Origin: an uncultured Pelagibacteraceae bacterium
Lineage (GTDB): Bacteria > Pseudomonadota > Alphaproteobacteria > Pelagibacterales > Pelagibacteraceae
Assembly: GCA_902629955.1 (NCBI GenBank)
Contig: CACOSS010000001.1
Location: 68,203-132,202, forward strand
Length of the DNA: 64,000 nucleotides
Direction: 5' to 3'
The notes under the pieces were generated by a model. That model had not been told where the DNA came from. It searched no databases and was given only the letters and a program-made list of their open reading frames with translations. The position numbers and the translations under genes were made by a program. Below are positions 60,639 through 64,000 of this stretch, piece by piece (the stretch's first letter is position 1; each line of letters opens with the position of its first letter).

Positions 60639-61949
60639 ATGTTAGATAAATATTTTAACTATAAAAAACATAAAACTACTTTTAAGACTGAAGTTATTGC
60701 TGGAGTTACCACTTTCCTAACTATGGCATACATAATGTTTTTAAACCCTTTTATTTTATCTGGAGAATTCGCAGGGCCAGAAAAAGGTTTTTTTGACTTT
60801 GGTGCTGTATTTACAGCTACGATATTAGCCACCGCTTTAGCTTGTTTCATTATGGCTTTTTACGGAAAGACTTGGCCAATAGGTTTGGCTCCAGGAATGG
60901 GCATAAATGCTTTTGTTGCTTTTGGAGTTGTTGCAGGAATGGGTTATACACCGCAAGAAGCTCTTGGGGCTGTATTAGTTGCGGGTGTTTTGTTTTTAAT
61001 TATATCATTAACACCTGTTAGGTCATGGTTAATTAATTCAATACCAAAAAGTTTAAAATTAGGAATTGGAGCAGGTATTGGATTATTTTTAGCAATTATT
61101 GGTTTAGAAATTATGGGAGTAGTTGGAGATCATCCAGTTACGCTTGTAACTTTAGGAGATATAAAAAATCCTTTAGTTATTCTAGGATGTCTTACATTTG
61201 TAGCAATTATAGTCATGGAAAAACTTAACATTAAAGGAAATATAATAATTGGAATAATTGCATTTAGTATTATTGCTTGGGTAAGTGGATTAGCAAAATT
61301 TAATGGAGTTGTGGGAAGTATACCGCCAATGACTTATCTTTTTGAATTTGACTTATCAGCAGCGTTAACTGCAAGTATGTCAACGGTAGTGTTCACATTA
61401 TTATTTATAGATTTTTTTGATACTGCAGGAACTTTAACATCAGTTGCTAACGTTGCAGGCAAAGTTGATAACAAAGGTAGAGTTCAAGATATTAATAAAG
61501 CAATGATGTCTGATAGTGTTGGTACTGTTGCTGGAGCATTAATGGGAACTACAACTGTTACAAGTTATGTTGAATCAGGAGCTGGTGTAAAAGCTGGGGG
61601 CAGAACTGGAATGACATCTTTAGTAATTGGTGTTTTGTTTCTTGCATGTTTATTTTTTGCACCTCTTGCAACAAGTTTGCCAAAAGAAATCGATGGAGCG
61701 GCTTTATTATATGTGGCTGTTTTATTTGTAAGAAATATTACTGATATAGAATGGGATGACATTGCCGAATCTGCTCCTGCCGTGCTTGCCATGATAGCAA
61801 TGCCTTTAACATACAGTATAAGCAATGGTATAGCGTTAGCTTTTATTTCTTATGCTTTAATAAAAATATTTACAGGTAAATTTTCTACGACTTCTCCTGC
61901 CATATGGGTTATTGCGGTTCTTAGTGCGATTAGTTTTGCTGTAGCTTAA
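60639..61949 (+). CDS. NCS2/AzgA-type purine permease
   Basis: EVIAGVTTFLTMAYI, APGMG.NAF, DFFDTAGT, YVES.AGV..GGRTG, PLTYSI. Confidence 0.93.
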   Translation: MLDKYFNYKKHKTTFKTEVIAGVTTFLTMAYIMFLNPFILSGEFAGPEKGFFDFGAVFTATILATALACFIMAFYGKTWPIGLAPGMGINAFVAFGVVAGMGYTPQEALGAVLVAGVLFLIISLTPVRSWLINSIPKSLKLGIGAGIGLFLAIIGLEIMGVVGDHPVTLVTLGDIKNPLVILGCLTFVAIIVMEKLNIKGNIIIGIIAFSIIAWVSGLAKFNGVVGSIPPMTYLFEFDLSAALTASMSTVVFTLLFIDFFDTAGTLTSVANVAGKVDNKGRVQDINKAMMSDSVGTVAGALMGTTTVTSYVESGAGVKAGGRTGMTSLVIGVLFLACLFFAPLATSLPKEIDGAALLYVAVLFVRNITDIEWDDIAESAPAVLAMIAMPLTYSISNGIALAFISYALIKIFTGKFSTTSPAIWVIAVLSAISFAVA

Positions 61950-61958
61950 ATTTATTTA

Positions 61959-61990
61959 AAATAAGGCCAGATTTAATTCTGGCCTTATTT
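61959..61990. terminator. Bidirectional terminator between the permease and the phosphoribosyltransferase
   Basis: AAATAAGGCCAGA-TTTAAT-TCTGGCCTTATTT. Confidence 0.82.
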
Positions 61991-62506
61991 ATTTCTCTTA
62001 ATTATTTTATCAATAGATATTTCCTCATAGTGTTCAGTTGGTTGAACAATCCAAGGATCTCCATCTAATTTGATAGGACAAAAATCTGGGTTAAATTCAG
62101 ATGATTTTTTTTTCCATAAACAAGCAGTTTTAATATCTTTTATATAATTTTTTACTGGTTCGTAATTTTTTAACCAATCAATACTTCTGTTTAAAGTAAG
62201 TCCTGTATCTGATAAGTCATCGACCAGCAGAACTCTTTCAAAGTCTTTTTGTTGCGCTATTGAGCTTATGTCTCTTGCAAAGATTAGATCTCCCTGCTTA
62301 TCCTCTAATCCTTTTCCTGAATAGCTTTGTATAACAATATAAGCTGTGGGTAATTTAAATATTCTTGATAAAATATCTATTATAGGTGCAGCCCCTCTCA
62401 TAATTCCAACAAGTACAGTTGGTTTAAATTTTTTGTCTACCTCTATTGCAAGCTTTTCAACAGTATCTAGGTATTCCTGAAAATTTATTATTAATTTTTT
62501 TTCCAT
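61985..62506 (-). CDS. Purine (xanthine/guanine-type) phosphoribosyltransferase
   Basis: GIMRG, QSY, PRPP loop LLVDDLSDTGLTL, WIVQP. Confidence 0.85.
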   Translation of the reverse strand: MEKKLIINFQEYLDTVEKLAIEVDKKFKPTVLVGIMRGAAPIIDILSRIFKLPTAYIVIQSYSGKGLEDKQGDLIFARDISSIAQQKDFERVLLVDDLSDTGLTLNRSIDWLKNYEPVKNYIKDIKTACLWKKKSSEFNPDFCPIKLDGDPWIVQPTEHYEEISIDKIIKRNK

Positions 62507-62548
62507 TTATAATTATTAATATAGTATTAGATTTAATTAAATATATTT

Positions 62549-63439
62549 ATGAAAATATTTGACTGTTTTATGTATTTTGATGAAGATTTAGTTTTAGACT
62601 TAAGACTTAATCTTTTGGATGATCGGGTAGATTACTTTGTGATAGTTGAAAGTAAATTCAATCACAAAGGTGAAAAAAGAGAGTTAAAATTCGATATTAA
62701 TAAATTCCAAAGATTTAAAAAAAAAATTCTTTATTTGGTTTACGATCAAGTACCAAATAATTTAGATATGATCAAAGATGATGAAGATAAGGATATAACG
62801 ATTAGCAAGTATATGTTTAATGCGGGAAAAAGAGAAAATAGCCAAAGAAACTTTATTATGAATGGATTAACCAAAGCTGGTAATGAAGATTTAATTTTAA
62901 TCTCTGATGTAGATGAAATACCTAATCTTTATAATCTAGATTTTTCAAAAATTAATAAAAAAATTATAATGTTCAAACAAGAAATGTTTTACTATAAGTT
63001 TAATTTAAAATTACCTAATTTTTCGTGGATAGGAACAAAAGCTTGTAAGAAAAAGAATTTAAAAAGTCCTCAATGGCTAAGAAACATAAAAGACAGAAAG
63101 TTTCCTTTTTATAGGTTAGATACTCTTTTTTCAGATAATAAATACTCAAGTATTAAATTCATAGATAACGGTGGATGGCATTTTACAAATATTAAAACTC
63201 CAGAAGAAATTTATCGCAAACTAAAGTCTTACCTTCATCACATTGAATTTGAGCTAGAACCTTTAACAATTAAACAAATTACTGAAATTATGAATGAAAA
63301 ACGAGCAATATATAATTTAAATGTTGACCAAAGAACAAAAAAATTTGGTAAAGGAGAAAAACTTTTGAAATATGATTTTCAGAAATTACCTGATTATATT
63401 AAAAACAACAAGTCAAAATATGAAAGGTGGTTAGACTAA
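62549..63439 (+). CDS. Glycosyltransferase family 17-like (beta-1,4-GlcNAc transferase)
   Basis: IFDCF.YF.E, VDYFVIVES, RE..QRN, SDVDEIP, GGWHF. Confidence 0.82.
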   Translation: MKIFDCFMYFDEDLVLDLRLNLLDDRVDYFVIVESKFNHKGEKRELKFDINKFQRFKKKILYLVYDQVPNNLDMIKDDEDKDITISKYMFNAGKRENSQRNFIMNGLTKAGNEDLILISDVDEIPNLYNLDFSKINKKIIMFKQEMFYYKFNLKLPNFSWIGTKACKKKNLKSPQWLRNIKDRKFPFYRLDTLFSDNKYSSIKFIDNGGWHFTNIKTPEEIYRKLKSYLHHIEFELEPLTIKQITEIMNEKRAIYNLNVDQRTKKFGKGEKLLKYDFQKLPDYIKNNKSKYERWLD

Positions 63440-63726
63440 TGAAAAGTTACTGGGTGTGTATATACGAAAAAATTGACAATCCTGAAAAATTAAAAGAGTA
63501 TGCCTCAAAGGCTAAGCCAGCTGTCGAAAAGTTTTCTGGAAAATTTATTGTAAGGGGTGGAAAAAATAGAACTACAGAAGGTATTAATTCTCCACGCACT
63601 GTTGTAGTCGAATTCCCTGATTTTAATAAAGCTATAGAATGTTATGACTCGAAGGAATACCAAGATGCTCATGAAGTTCTTAATGGGCATGTTGTAAGAC
63701 ATCACCAAATAGTAGAAGGAAGCTAA
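63439..63726 (+). CDS. DUF1330 domain protein
   Basis: G.FIVRGG, EG...RTVVVEFP, Y.S.EYQ; ATG overlaps the upstream TAA. Confidence 0.88.
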   Translation: MKSYWVCIYEKIDNPEKLKEYASKAKPAVEKFSGKFIVRGGKNRTTEGINSPRTVVVEFPDFNKAIECYDSKEYQDAHEVLNGHVVRHHQIVEGS

Positions 63727-64000
63727 TACTGTATTGGTTCGTCGTCAATAGATCTCCACAAATACCAAGTAGCAACTGAACAGTAAGGTGAAAATTTTTT
63801 ATACAATTTACTTACAAAAATTTTCGGCGGTAAATATTTTTTTTTATAATTATTAGATATTGCTCTTAATAGACCTATATCCTGTAAAGGCCAAATATTT
63901 TGCCTATTAAAAGTGAAAAGTAAAATCATTTCAGCTGACCATCTACCAATCTGTCTTAAAGTTGAAAGATATGCTATAGCATCTTCATCACTCATTTTTT
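63723..64000 (-). CDS. alkA: DNA-3-methyladenine glycosylase II (AlkA/HhH-GPD), 3' part only
   Basis: IGRWSAEM, P..DIGL, PY.SVATWYLW. Confidence 0.85.
   Translation of the reverse strand, partial: KMSDEDAIAYLSTLRQIGRWSAEMILLFTFNRQNIWPLQDIGLLRAISNNYKKKYLPPKIFVSKLYKKFSPYCSVATWYLWRSIDDEPIQY

Overview
Very AT-rich, gene-dense alphaproteobacterial chromosome segment with tiny intergenic spacers; gene content and order point to SAR11 (Pelagibacterales), by inference. Mostly core genes: tRNA-Gln/cca, ispE, rnhB-ccrM, mutY/dciA-dsbA-smc, the F0 ATP synthase operon, the retinal pathway (crtI-crtB-crtY-blh) running into ispH-thrB-rnhA, lipid A genes, purD, pgi, ileS-lspA, groESL, typA, ptrB, a small heat-shock gene and purine salvage. 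No transposase, integrase, prophage or CRISPR array is visible. Notable points: (1) the respiratory oxidase next to thrC is a CoxMNOP(Q)-like A1 heme-copper oxidase with two subunit-III genes, a subunit IV, SCO and small unknown membrane genes, with no ctaG or surf1, and a perfect 17-bp palindrome upstream; (2) the SMC is only 857 aa and has no recognisable hinge; (3) four GANTC sites cluster in the ccrM promoter region; (4) a sigma32 promoter and a ROSE-type RNA thermometer precede the hsp20 gene; (5) two small genes are missing from the ORF track; (6) an unexplained structured 158-bp spacer follows typA. Product calls come from recognised motifs and recalled synteny; no database searches were run.
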